IMG/VR virus record: IMGVR_UViG_3300018421_000024
Location: 1 to 63,231 of that record
Length of the DNA: 63,231 bases
Strand: one strand, 5' to 3'
Source of the DNA: a virus
Taxonomy: Duplodnaviria; Caudoviricetes
Each line of letters begins with the position of its first letter. The stretch's first letter is position 1. The notes below the pieces were generated by a model. It searched no databases and had not been told where the DNA came from. It worked only from the letters and a program-made list of their open reading frames with translations. Both the position numbers and the translations under genes were made by a program. Of this stretch, positions 36,978 to 46,378 are shown one piece after another.

Positions 36978-39739
36978 TATTTTTTCTCCGGTAATCCTTT
37001 GTGTTTCGTTTCAGCATAGTCTTTTGCGTCTTTCTTGGACATCGACTTTGCAGCGTCAGCAACTTCTTTTGACGGTGCTTTCAATTTTCCAGACTTGACT
37101 GCATGAACCATACCCATGAATCTCTGTTGTGCTTTTGAAACTGCTTTCTCGTCAAGTTCGACTTCTTCGTTCATTTTACCTAACAACCAATCTCTCGGAT
37201 CAGTATCTAAAGTCTTTGCAAATTTAAGAGCGCCTTTCTTATCGCCCCTCTTCAACATAGCGGCTACTTTCAACATATCATTTTTGTCAATGCCGCCGTG
37301 CTTCTTGGCATAAGTTTCGATTTCTTTCCATGACTCATCAAACTGCTCAACTTCTTCTTTCACCGGTTTTCCTCTTTTTACAATCATACCGTTCATGCCA
37401 TCGGCACGTACTGTTTTAAGGAATTCCTTAGCATCCTCTAAAGACATAAACTTGGTAACTTTGATAGGCGAATTTTTGCTCTTAGCGTACTTGACTTCAA
37501 ACTCTGGCTTTGCTTCATCAATCTGCTCGACTTCTTCTTTCATGTTTTTGATATAATCAAGGGCACTCTTTTTTGCTTTAGGCATACCGTTAAAAGTCTC
37601 CCACTCTTTGTCGTCAATATGCACGACAATAGGATCAGTCATTTTAGTGCCTTTGCGATAATATGTGTGGGAGTGATCTTTGCCATCACCACCTTTGTAG
37701 ACATATGAAGAAATAAACTTCATACCAGCAGGAACTTTTGATGCTTCGAATACTTGACTAGCAACCTTAACGACTTTCTTATCTGCTGTTTTGAGGAACT
37801 TCTGTAGTTCTTTCAAATCGCCTTGGTTGACAAGAAACGCCGCCATCTCAGCATCATCATTCTTCATCTTCTTCAATTGCGTTTCAACTTTACCACGAGC
37901 AGCAATCTTCATTCGCAGTGATGCTTCATCAATCTCTTCACCACTTTGGCCTTCAATGTCAGACTTGCCAGAGAGACGCAATCTTAAATCTTTCTTGATC
38001 TTCGCGTCATTGACTCTCTCAACGTCTTTGAGTAAATCAACTTTCTTTAACAATTTACGAACCGCAACCTTGACTTTTCCAGGGCTGTCGCCGTCCATAT
38101 AGAATCTTGGCAGACCCTCGACATCTACACTGTACTTTGCTTCATCAAGATCGACTGACTCAGTGTACATGTTCAATTCGTAACCTTTGTTGTCCATGTT
38201 GTACACTTGCATATTCAATCGCTTATTGCGAATGGGTTTGCCTGATTTATCTAATAAGTTGATCTGATATGAATTTGTTTTACCAGCAGATGGTTTACGA
38301 GGACCAGTAGAAACTTTATTCCACCAGTCATCCATATCTACTTTGTAACCTTTCTTCTCTGCCTGCTTTATAGCATGTTGTACAGCAGAAGTAAAATCTT
38401 TGTGGTAAATTTGATAATCAGATTTTTCATCAATCTGATCGACTTCTTCTTTCTTCATCGCGGCGCGAGTCATCTTAACAGCCGCAGCGCGAGTGAGTTG
38501 CGTACTACCCATCGGCTTTACTTTAGTAGCAGACTGTGTTGCTTGGTGCATTCTCTTTTTGTATTTGTTATACGATTTTGTTGCACCCTCTTCAACCTGA
38601 TCGAAATCTTCTTTCACGGTTTTCCAACCTCCCCCAGCTTTCTTATATTGTTTTGCTGCCCATCCATTTGCGTATGCAGAAGGATAGACATCGAATTTTG
38701 CCTTAGCTTGTGCTTTAAACTTCGCCCACAGAGCTGGATTAGTTGGCACGTTCTTCTCTACGAGTTCGACTGACTCTCCAACTGATTTGTATGGTGATTT
38801 TGTCGGACCGTGTTTTGCTCGATCTCTATATGCTTGAGGCACTTTACCGGCGACTGACTTGTGACTCATTGTATCATCACCTCGGCGTGTGGCATGATGA
38901 CGAGCAACGGCACGATTAATACCCTGACCTATTTTCTTTGCCTTTGCACGGTTCTTTTCAGACTCAGTTTCATCTCCTGCTTTTCGTGCGTCCCTTGCTT
39001 TCTTTTGATAAGTGTATTGAGTCTTGCCGCCCATAGTTCTCTTTTCGATATATTTATGGACAGTATTTGGTGACAACTCATCTAGTTGTTCCGACTCTAC
39101 AATATCACCGACTTGTTTAGTAGATACCCAAACGCGACCACCTTCTTCAGCACACTTAGCAAGCATTTCATCTTTCGTACCGACAGCAGTTACCTTTCTG
39201 TGCATGACAAGCGCATAGTGACACTTATCGCTACCAACTGCATCTTCACCGACCTTAATGGTTTTGACTTCATTCACTTTCTTTTTCTCCTTGTCAGTCT
39301 TGACCATGATCGGTGTGTTACCTGTTCCTGGTCTATCTACTTCTGGGTCTGCTCTTCTTTTTCTTCTTGCAGCCGAAGCACGGTCATCTTTACTCATTGA
39401 ATGTGCTTTAGATCGCGGCATACACTTTGGTTTACCTTCACCCGGTTCACGAGCGCAATCACCTTTAATCTCACCATCAGTACCGACTCGTACCCAATCA
39501 CCTTTCTTGCCTTTGCCAAACCACTTGCGAAGGTCTTCTTTTAATTTCATTCTGGCAAGAACTTTTTTCTGCACATCAGGAGACAACTCTTTAAAATGAT
39601 ACAGATTTTGACTATCATCGGTGTGTTCAGCACCAGTCATGACCTGACCATCGTGAGCGTGTTGAAGTCCTTTCCACTCTTTACCATCTTTGGTATAGTG
39701 GCCTTCAGTCTTCCAAGAATGTTTCTTACCTTCTTCCAT
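36977..39739 (-). CDS. Large modular putative internal head polyprotein
   Basis: Basic modules separated by about 11 EEVEQIDE-type linkers. Confidence 0.75.
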   Translation of the reverse strand: MEEGKKHSWKTEGHYTKDGKEWKGLQHAHDGQVMTGAEHTDDSQNLYHFKELSPDVQKKVLARMKLKEDLRKWFGKGKKGDWVRVGTDGEIKGDCAREPGEGKPKCMPRSKAHSMSKDDRASAARRKRRADPEVDRPGTGNTPIMVKTDKEKKKVNEVKTIKVGEDAVGSDKCHYALVMHRKVTAVGTKDEMLAKCAEEGGRVWVSTKQVGDIVESEQLDELSPNTVHKYIEKRTMGGKTQYTYQKKARDARKAGDETESEKNRAKAKKIGQGINRAVARHHATRRGDDTMSHKSVAGKVPQAYRDRAKHGPTKSPYKSVGESVELVEKNVPTNPALWAKFKAQAKAKFDVYPSAYANGWAAKQYKKAGGGWKTVKEDFDQVEEGATKSYNKYKKRMHQATQSATKVKPMGSTQLTRAAAVKMTRAAMKKEEVDQIDEKSDYQIYHKDFTSAVQHAIKQAEKKGYKVDMDDWWNKVSTGPRKPSAGKTNSYQINLLDKSGKPIRNKRLNMQVYNMDNKGYELNMYTESVDLDEAKYSVDVEGLPRFYMDGDSPGKVKVAVRKLLKKVDLLKDVERVNDAKIKKDLRLRLSGKSDIEGQSGEEIDEASLRMKIAARGKVETQLKKMKNDDAEMAAFLVNQGDLKELQKFLKTADKKVVKVASQVFEASKVPAGMKFISSYVYKGGDGKDHSHTYYRKGTKMTDPIVVHIDDKEWETFNGMPKAKKSALDYIKNMKEEVEQIDEAKPEFEVKYAKSKNSPIKVTKFMSLEDAKEFLKTVRADGMNGMIVKRGKPVKEEVEQFDESWKEIETYAKKHGGIDKNDMLKVAAMLKRGDKKGALKFAKTLDTDPRDWLLGKMNEEVELDEKAVSKAQQRFMGMVHAVKSGKLKAPSKEVADAAKSMSKKDAKDYAETKHKGLPEKK

Positions 39740-39991
39740 TTATTCTTCCGGTGTTTGTTCTAATCCAGATGAACCTGCGATAATTTCTTCTGGGTCAACC
39801 ATCTCTGCACCAGAATCTCTCAGTGCATCAATCACAGGTTCAGTAGGAATTTCTACCGGCTCTGGTTCAGGTTGTTGTCCATAATGTCCGTATTGTCTTT
39901 CTAATTCTTGTTGTCTAACATCATGACCTTTCATCATGATCTCACGAGCAATATTTATCAAGTCAGTTGGATTATCTTTTAAATCAGCCAT
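39740..39991 (-). CDS. Hypothetical acidic protein
   Basis: 83-aa ORF with SD GAGGA. Confidence 0.65.
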   Translation of the reverse strand: MADLKDNPTDLINIAREIMMKGHDVRQQELERQYGHYGQQPEPEPVEIPTEPVIDALRDSGAEMVDPEEIIAGSSGLEQTPEE

Positions 39992-40001
39992 TACAATGTC
40001 C

Positions 40002-40445
40002 TCATTTTTTAGTGAAGAATTTTTTAATTTTATTCTTCGTTGTTTCTTTGTTCAACAAATCTTCATCCCATGCTAAGTGTTTTGGTAATTTACCATCACG
40101 TATCATGTCATGAAAAACCTTTTCAAAATTTCTAAAGTCAGCACCAACATGTTTTGATGCTTGTACTGCATTCCATCTTGCTTTACCTGGATTCTTTCTT
40201 CTAAAGTCAAGATAATAACGAACCGCTTTTTTATATGAATCTTTATTCACAACACGATCAATCAATCTATCAAGCTTAGGATCATATGTAATCGTTCTCG
40301 CTTCGTTCGCTGGCCGTGACGCAGCATTCTTTTCTCTGGTGTCACGAGTTCTCGCACGATCTAACATACGATCCTGTTTAACTTTATCTTGTTCTTTCTC
40401 GCGCTTAATTTGTCGGCGAGTTTCTTTTTCGTGTCTTCCTTCCAT
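40002..40445 (-). CDS. Hypothetical basic protein (possible internal protein)
   Basis: 147-aa ORF; basic N-terminal module ending ANE. Confidence 0.65.
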   Translation of the reverse strand: MEGRHEKETRRQIKREKEQDKVKQDRMLDRARTRDTREKNAASRPANEARTITYDPKLDRLIDRVVNKDSYKKAVRYYLDFRRKNPGKARWNAVQASKHVGADFRNFEKVFHDMIRDGKLPKHLAWDEDLLNKETTKNKIKKFFTKK

Positions 40446-40449
40446 ATAC

Positions 40450-40725
40450 TTATACAGTCTCTACTATTTTCAGTATTAGATTTGTGTCGCCTTTAATAAG
40501 ACGGTGATAGTCCATTTGATTAACAGATATCACATCACCTTCCATAAGTTCGATTGGATTCTTATTTTCGTATTGAAATTTCCAACCTGTGCCGTGAACA
40601 ACTTCAATTCTTCTATCAGCTCTGTCACGGTGCCAGTGTAGTTCTTCATCTTCACAATCGTGTTCGAACACACGAAAAAATGAATCATTTTCTAATTGTA
40701 TATCTCTGTAAGCTCGGTTTGGCAT
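40450..40725 (-). CDS. Cupin-like small protein
   Basis: WHRD..DR...GW.FQ..P..L..GD...YHRLIKG. Confidence 0.65.
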   Translation of the reverse strand: MPNRAYRDIQLENDSFFRVFEHDCEDEELHWHRDRADRRIEVVHGTGWKFQYENKNPIELMEGDVISVNQMDYHRLIKGDTNLILKIVETV

Positions 40726-40731
40726 AATTTA

Positions 40732-42474
40732 TCACCAGAAAAAGTTTCCGCCACCTGACATGCCTAACTGTTTAGCGTATCTAGGTAAACGACAAGCCCA
40801 GTATGCAGCGGAAGTTTTATCGTTTTGAGTTGAACACTTATGTCTTGCAGCGAATGATTTTCTCGCTTCAGGATTATCGATCTTTGCTTTCAATCCTGTT
40901 GTATCGCCAAACGTGACTTTCTTAATATTGCCTGTACTAGGATCTTTTACATAGACATAAAACTTTTTAGGACCGCCGCGTTTTGGTTTGTTGAGTTCTT
41001 GTTTCTCTTCTTCTTCTGAAATAGACTCCATCATCGGACAGTCTAATGGAACCCACTCGCCATCATATTGTGCAAACTCACCGATATCTGTTTCAAGTAT
41101 ACTCTTATCGTAACTTTCAAACTCGTAATCAGACTTTCGTGCCTCGTTGAACAGTTTGTAGTAATTTACACTGCCAACACGAAAAATGTTTTCTACAAGA
41201 GGAATATTGTTTTCAATGTGATAATCAAGCGCTTGCATTACTTCTCTTTTCTGTTGATTTGCAAGTTCTACATTCAACGATTGAAATGTCTCGTTGACAC
41301 CTTTGTTACCTAATTTATGATTGAGGTACATCTCTTTAATCTCAACAAAAGATAGTCCATACTTCTCGCTTTTCTTTTGCAAATTTCTTTCAATCGATTC
41401 TGTGATTCGATCTTTTTCGATGACATACAACATCTCATTGACCGTTTTTAAATAATCAACATCACAATAATATTCTTCTTTCTGTAATTTTGATTGACGG
41501 TAACTCGCAAGTCTATCTCTTTCTGCTTTCGTGACTTTCGGAATTAACCTTTTTGCAATACGAGAGATGATTGCTTTTTTCTTTTCTAATTTTTTGTCAA
41601 TAGCAGCGCGTGATGCGAGAGGTAGATTCTTATAATTCTCGCCTTGTTTACCTGCTATTTTTCTACGAATTAATTCTCGCGCTTTTTTCTGCGCTCTTCT
41701 TTTGAGTTTTTCTCTTGGCGCCATTCTTCTCTTGGCGCGTTCTCGACCGATTTTAACTTTGTTTTTAATACGCCGAAACATCATCTTGCGCTTCATGCGT
41801 TGTTGCAGTGTGAGAACTTCTTGAAGTGTAAGGTCTTCAGTGATACCTAATGCGTTGCGAATGATGTTATATACCTCTTTCGCGTCTCTATCACTAAACT
41901 TACGGGGTAAACCTTGTCTAAACTGTTTGTACTCACCAGATACGGCCAAACCTCTGAGTTTTGATGCACTCATACCTGATACATCATCAGCATCTGGATC
42001 ACGTTCACCGGCAGATACGATATCGATGTTTTCGAATGCGTAGTCTCTGCCGTTGTACCTGTTGACAAGAGTTTCGAATTCTGTTATTCTATCTGAACCA
42101 ACTACGATGGTAACACTATCAAAAGTGCCATCTAGTTCTTTCAATACTTCGATGATAGTACGAGCATCAGATCGTTGGACGATATTTCCAAATGCCTTCT
42201 TGGCGTATTTGATCTTCTGGTCGTATGTAAGAGGATTCTTCTTTTTATCAGAAGAATGGGAGAGGTACAATTGGGCTGTTGCTTTCTTTCTTCTTGCGAC
42301 AGATACAATCTTGTCTACAAGTTTTTGGTGTCCACTCGTGATTGGGTTCATTCGTCCGAATGATAGAACCACGGCAGAGCCTGTCTTCTCGGATAATTTT
42401 AAAGTTTTTACTACTTGAGAACGCCCATTATTCTCGGTTATAGGAGTATTTTTTTTCATTTCTTCTTCTTTCAT
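40732..42474 (-). CDS. Cytidyltransferase-like nucleotidyltransferase fused to basic linker and C-terminal domain
   Basis: FGRMNPITSGH; KNPL; VVGSDR; SAGERDPD; MSASKLR; C-terminal RGGPKKFYVYVK..YWACR; start placed at MKEEE. Confidence 0.85.
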   Translation of the reverse strand: MKEEEMKKNTPITENNGRSQVVKTLKLSEKTGSAVVLSFGRMNPITSGHQKLVDKIVSVARRKKATAQLYLSHSSDKKKNPLTYDQKIKYAKKAFGNIVQRSDARTIIEVLKELDGTFDSVTIVVGSDRITEFETLVNRYNGRDYAFENIDIVSAGERDPDADDVSGMSASKLRGLAVSGEYKQFRQGLPRKFSDRDAKEVYNIIRNALGITEDLTLQEVLTLQQRMKRKMMFRRIKNKVKIGRERAKRRMAPREKLKRRAQKKARELIRRKIAGKQGENYKNLPLASRAAIDKKLEKKKAIISRIAKRLIPKVTKAERDRLASYRQSKLQKEEYYCDVDYLKTVNEMLYVIEKDRITESIERNLQKKSEKYGLSFVEIKEMYLNHKLGNKGVNETFQSLNVELANQQKREVMQALDYHIENNIPLVENIFRVGSVNYYKLFNEARKSDYEFESYDKSILETDIGEFAQYDGEWVPLDCPMMESISEEEEKQELNKPKRGGPKKFYVYVKDPSTGNIKKVTFGDTTGLKAKIDNPEARKSFAARHKCSTQNDKTSAAYWACRLPRYAKQLGMSGGGNFFW

Positions 42475-42478
42475 TGGA

Positions 42479-42547
42479 GATTGCCTTAGCCTTATCCTTC
42501 GAAGCACAGGTCTGCCGTAGCCTAAACTGCACGTTATTATTATTTAG
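42479..42547 (-). promoter_or_regulatory. Late-like promoter (CTAAATA) and structured leader with tandem hairpins
   Basis: Two hairpins sharing AGGC-UA(C/A)G-GCA. Confidence 0.5.
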
Positions 42548-42553
42548 TAAATT

Positions 42554-43216
42554 TTAATTTTCAACGTAGTAATAAACTGAGTCCATTTTTAGTCTTTTGA
42601 AAAGTTTGTAACCGCGGCCGAAAAGTAACTCTTGGCCTTTTTGTCTCTCTAATATTACTACTGGCTTGTATTTATCAATTGTTTGAAATGCACCTTCAAT
42701 TACTTTGTCTTCGTAACCTTCAACATCAAGATGCATCAGATCACACGCATCAAGATTAAGAGAATCAACCGTCATGATTGAAACATCTCCGGGTGTATTC
42801 GTTATTTTATGCACACCCACGTTAGTTGTATTACCATTACTAATAGACAACATGGCTTCTTCTGATCCTAAACCTGCGTTATACTTGTAGTAACCTTCAC
42901 CTTGACAGTTGTGCCATAGACAGTAGTAATTCTTGGGGCAAGGTTCGAAGGTATAAACTTTATCAAAATAATTTTTATAGAACCTAGCGTACATACCGCA
43001 GTTGCCCCCGGCTTGTACTACTGTACCAAAGTTTTTAACTTTCGCCATGAAGTCTTTGTGGCCAGAGATCCAATCAAAGAGAGGACCATCATGTTCATTA
43101 CCAAACGCACCTTTATCTGTGGTTATCCATAACAACGCGCCGACATCTTCATGACCGCATAGTCTTGGTGATGTGAGTGGTTCGTGTTTCTTATCAGGTT
43201 CTTTATTTAATATCAT
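42554..43216 (-). CDS. FkbM-family methyltransferase
   Basis: VVQAGGNCG; YTFEP; HLDVEGYE..VIEG. Confidence 0.9.
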   Translation of the reverse strand: MILNKEPDKKHEPLTSPRLCGHEDVGALLWITTDKGAFGNEHDGPLFDWISGHKDFMAKVKNFGTVVQAGGNCGMYARFYKNYFDKVYTFEPCPKNYYCLWHNCQGEGYYKYNAGLGSEEAMLSISNGNTTNVGVHKITNTPGDVSIMTVDSLNLDACDLMHLDVEGYEDKVIEGAFQTIDKYKPVVILERQKGQELLFGRGYKLFKRLKMDSVYYYVEN

Positions 43217-44537
43217 ATGGTTTCACCCTTTTCCATGGTAGTCTTGTATCAATTGTGTGACTAACATTATATACAACACAATTTTTTTCCATTGCCTTTT
43301 CTTCTAAACGTTTGTAGATATAATTAAGATATTCTTCTTCAGTTTTATTGCCTTTATATTTTTGTGCCATTCTATCAGGATCAGATTTACCATTCTTTTG
43401 AATGTCATAACCTTTACCGTAGATGTGTGTGTTTCCTTCTTTATCGGGTGTATAGTTCATGTCAGCGCCAAGATATGCTAATACGCCTGGTTTAATATTC
43501 GCTAAAGACCAGTAACCTGCTGTGAGCGTGATTGAATAACCGCACTCGTTTTGACCTCCGAATTTATTTACTTCTGTGGTGTATCGCGATATTGTTTCAC
43601 CACACAATTCATTGCCTTCTGGTCTTTTTCCTTTGTAATCACCAGGTCTGATCCACCAATTCCAGTCACCTCTAACTGCTTGCCATCCGTTGTTGATTGC
43701 TACAATTGTCCATCCGTTTCCTTTCCAATCATACTCTGAATATTGTCTCGCGGAGAATCCACTGGCAACCAATAGTACTTTCTTTGCATTTTCTCGCGGC
43801 AAAACTTTCTCAGCTGTCACATTTTTCTGCGGCAAAACTTTCTCAGCTGTCACATTTTTCTGCGGCACAATTGAGTCATACCCTAATTTACTAAGAAGAT
43901 CCGTTGTGACTCTTTTGGTTACCTCTTGTCTCAAAACATCATTGTTAAATGTAGGAGCAACAAAGTTGATCAGTCGTTGTCTTTTTGTTTCATCAAAACC
44001 ATTAACACCATTACCTCGTATCTTTGTTGTGTTCAGACTACAATTAAAATGTTTTGATATTTTTTCAAGTTCTTCAAATATCTCATTCTCTGAGGATATC
44101 AGACTTTCGTATCTTACTCTATAGACGTTTTTAGATAACCAATATTCGGTGTGTTGTTTCCATAAATCAGCAAGGTAACTTATGTTCCAACCATTATGCA
44201 TGACATCATTGTCGTCTCTTATCTGACGGCACTTCGGATACGTTACTCTTATATCGGCTGGACTGCGGATGATCGATTCGATCCATGTGAAAGGATTTTT
44301 ATGCAAGTATATAGCATTTGTGTTGTTTAACTTTTCAACGGCGTGGATTCCATAGTGAAGTTTGCCTCTAGGATTAATATGATAGTCATTTCCTTCCAGA
44401 TTAAAACTGTGTTTCCAAAGACCACCGCTCTTGAAAGTATTTACGATCTTAACGTTACTGAGATTGAGTCTTATACTATTTTCAAGAAAATTTGTTCCTG
44501 AACGTTGTAAACCAAAAACTGTGAATACTTTACTCAT
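43203..44537 (-). CDS. Sulfotransferase-like domain fused to DUF115/Maf-like domain
   Basis: GLQRSGTN (5'PSB-like), KNPFTW..S, RYE; second domain LLVASG.S, AINN, LGADMNY. Confidence 0.65.
   Translation of the reverse strand: MSKVFTVFGLQRSGTNFLENSIRLNLSNVKIVNTFKSGGLWKHSFNLEGNDYHINPRGKLHYGIHAVEKLNNTNAIYLHKNPFTWIESIIRSPADIRVTYPKCRQIRDDNDVMHNGWNISYLADLWKQHTEYWLSKNVYRVRYESLISSENEIFEELEKISKHFNCSLNTTKIRGNGVNGFDETKRQRLINFVAPTFNNDVLRQEVTKRVTTDLLSKLGYDSIVPQKNVTAEKVLPQKNVTAEKVLPRENAKKVLLVASGFSARQYSEYDWKGNGWTIVAINNGWQAVRGDWNWWIRPGDYKGKRPEGNELCGETISRYTTEVNKFGGQNECGYSITLTAGYWSLANIKPGVLAYLGADMNYTPDKEGNTHIYGKGYDIQKNGKSDPDRMAQKYKGNKTEEEYLNYIYKRLEEKAMEKNCVVYNVSHTIDTRLPWKRVKPYDIK
43796..43867. repeat. Perfect 33-bp tandem duplication in interdomain linker
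   Basis: gcggcaaaactttctcagctgtcacatttttct x2 (PQKNVTAEKVL x2). Confidence 0.9.
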
Positions 44538-45117
44538 GTTTATCTTCCCTTCTTTTATTGCTTTTAGTAATAGAATCTTTATTCAACGCAGATTTTATTG
44601 TTTGTAAGCTGTCAACACGAAGTTCGTTAAACAGAAAGTATTGTAATTTATCTAACACTATAACATTTTTATTTATCATGTCATCGAATTGCATAAAAAA
44701 CACATCAGAACAGTTTTTCCATGGAATAACAGCATCATGCATAGACTGTAAATTATTTAAAGAAAATTTTCGGTTAGTTTCTTTTAAAAAGGTTTTTGTA
44801 GATTCATATGTTTCATCAAAATTTCTAACAAGTAGAATTTTTTTAACGTTTGATAATTTTTTTTCAATCTCAACAGAGTGCTTCATATGACTAACAGCAA
44901 AGCCGCCGTCAGGTATTAAATTTAAACTATCAGGCAACGAACGATTGATTGTTTTATGAGTGTTATTCATCCTTGCTTCGCTGATGTTAATATCTTGAAA
45001 CGATCTAACCGAATTATCTGCAAAATGCAATTTTGTCCAAATCAAACCCATTTCTTCTAATAGGTTTGCTGACAAATATGTTCCTGCTTTTGGTTGACTG
45101 ATGACGAGATATTTCAT
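44530..45117 (-). CDS. Sulfotransferase-like protein
   Basis: SQPKAGTYL (PKxGT); LLVRN...S. Confidence 0.7.
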   Translation of the reverse strand: MKYLVISQPKAGTYLSANLLEEMGLIWTKLHFADNSVRSFQDINISEARMNNTHKTINRSLPDSLNLIPDGGFAVSHMKHSVEIEKKLSNVKKILLVRNFDETYESTKTFLKETNRKFSLNNLQSMHDAVIPWKNCSDVFFMQFDDMINKNVIVLDKLQYFLFNELRVDSLQTIKSALNKDSITKSNKRREDKHE

Positions 45118-45791
45118 AATTTATCAATATAGTTGTTAATGTGTTTCGCCCATATAGGCGCCATCATTGAGGAATTAAAATGGTGATCCATCTTTTTACG
45201 TGTTTGGTACTTTTTGTCGATTACTCCATTTGATAACATTCCATCATATAGAGGAATATAAGTGTATCCAAAAGACTCGCACCTCTTTTCACATTCTTTG
45301 TTAAACTCTTGAGTTAATTGTGTGCGTTCAAGTTGTGAGGCACTGATATCTCCTCGAACGTCAGACACAGATCCAGGAAGTTTAGCATCATCATCTGTAA
45401 TAGATGGCGGCGTTGCGCTTGTAATGGCTACATGTTTCACATCACGGGTAAATTCTGAAACAAAATTAAAATAATTATCGATGCTAATATATAGTTGTTC
45501 GTGTATTGAAATGTTTTTATTTTGAGCCCAATACCATATGACATAACCACAGTCTACTTCACCCATATGAAATATCGTTACATCAGGCTTATGCTTTTTG
45601 ATATTTTCTTTAAAAGTGTTTCTACCCTGCGTTTTACTTTTGGGATTGCCGAGTCCGTGAGTAGTAGCACCTGAACATTTGATTATATTAATATCATTTT
45701 CTGCATTGAACAATCCATTGTTTTTCGCATGTTCCGCGTACATAGTGTGGCTATCACCCAAAATTAAAATCTTCAATTCAATCAACTCCAA
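45114..45791 (-). CDS. SGNH/GDSL hydrolase-family protein
   Basis: LGDSH; GEVDC; DHH. Confidence 0.8.
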   Translation of the reverse strand: MELIELKILILGDSHTMYAEHAKNNGLFNAENDINIIKCSGATTHGLGNPKSKTQGRNTFKENIKKHKPDVTIFHMGEVDCGYVIWYWAQNKNISIHEQLYISIDNYFNFVSEFTRDVKHVAITSATPPSITDDDAKLPGSVSDVRGDISASQLERTQLTQEFNKECEKRCESFGYTYIPLYDGMLSNGVIDKKYQTRKKMDHHFNSSMMAPIWAKHINNYIDKL

Positions 45792-46378
45792 TTACAATTT
45801 ATATTATTTCCATCGAAACCTTGTTTTACAGTTATAGGAAACCATTGAGAAAGAAGTTCGATATCACCAACATCATGATAGAGTTTTGGCAACGTGATAC
45901 TTTTCTTTTCAACAATCACACTGATGTTATAACCATAACATTTTACGCTTGCTTTCGAGCAGTCTAATCCAGCAAGTATCATTCTATACAATAATAATCC
46001 CGCGTTCCATAAACTTACATGGCCGCCAACTATATGATGTTTTAACGGAGGAACTGTAATTGCAATTACTCCTGTTTCTTTAACTTCGGAAATCATTTTA
46101 GTTAAGAAACTATGTGTATCATGTTGATGTTCTAAAACATGAGAACACCAAACAGCATCATGTTCTGTGAAGGATAATTTCATATAGTCACCTTCAATAA
46201 CATTTTCTCTGGCAGCATGATAGTCTGTCGAAGTTACTTGTTTACCATGACGAATAAAAAAATCTGTATGAAGACAACGACCACAACCTACATCAAGAAT
46301 GGTGTTAAAATTATATTTGTTTATCAGAAAATTTAATGTTTCATCTACATTAATAGTATTGTGTTTATGATTCACTTC
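45782..46378 (-). CDS. Class I SAM methyltransferase
   Basis: ILDVGCG.C; WCSHVLEH; VGGHVSLWNAGLL; start uncertain. Confidence 0.85.
   Translation of the reverse strand, partial: EVNHKHNTINVDETLNFLINKYNFNTILDVGCGRCLHTDFFIRHGKQVTSTDYHAARENVIEGDYMKLSFTEHDAVWCSHVLEHQHDTHSFLTKMISEVKETGVIAITVPPLKHHIVGGHVSLWNAGLLLYRMILAGLDCSKASVKCYGYNISVIVEKKSITLPKLYHDVGDIELLSQWFPITVKQGFDGNNINCNWS

Noticed and set aside
42479-42533. c-di-GMP-I riboswitch resemblance (GGCAGACC, GCCTAAAC)
   Set aside because: The two look-alike words are on opposite strands and the GNRA/receptor architecture is missing
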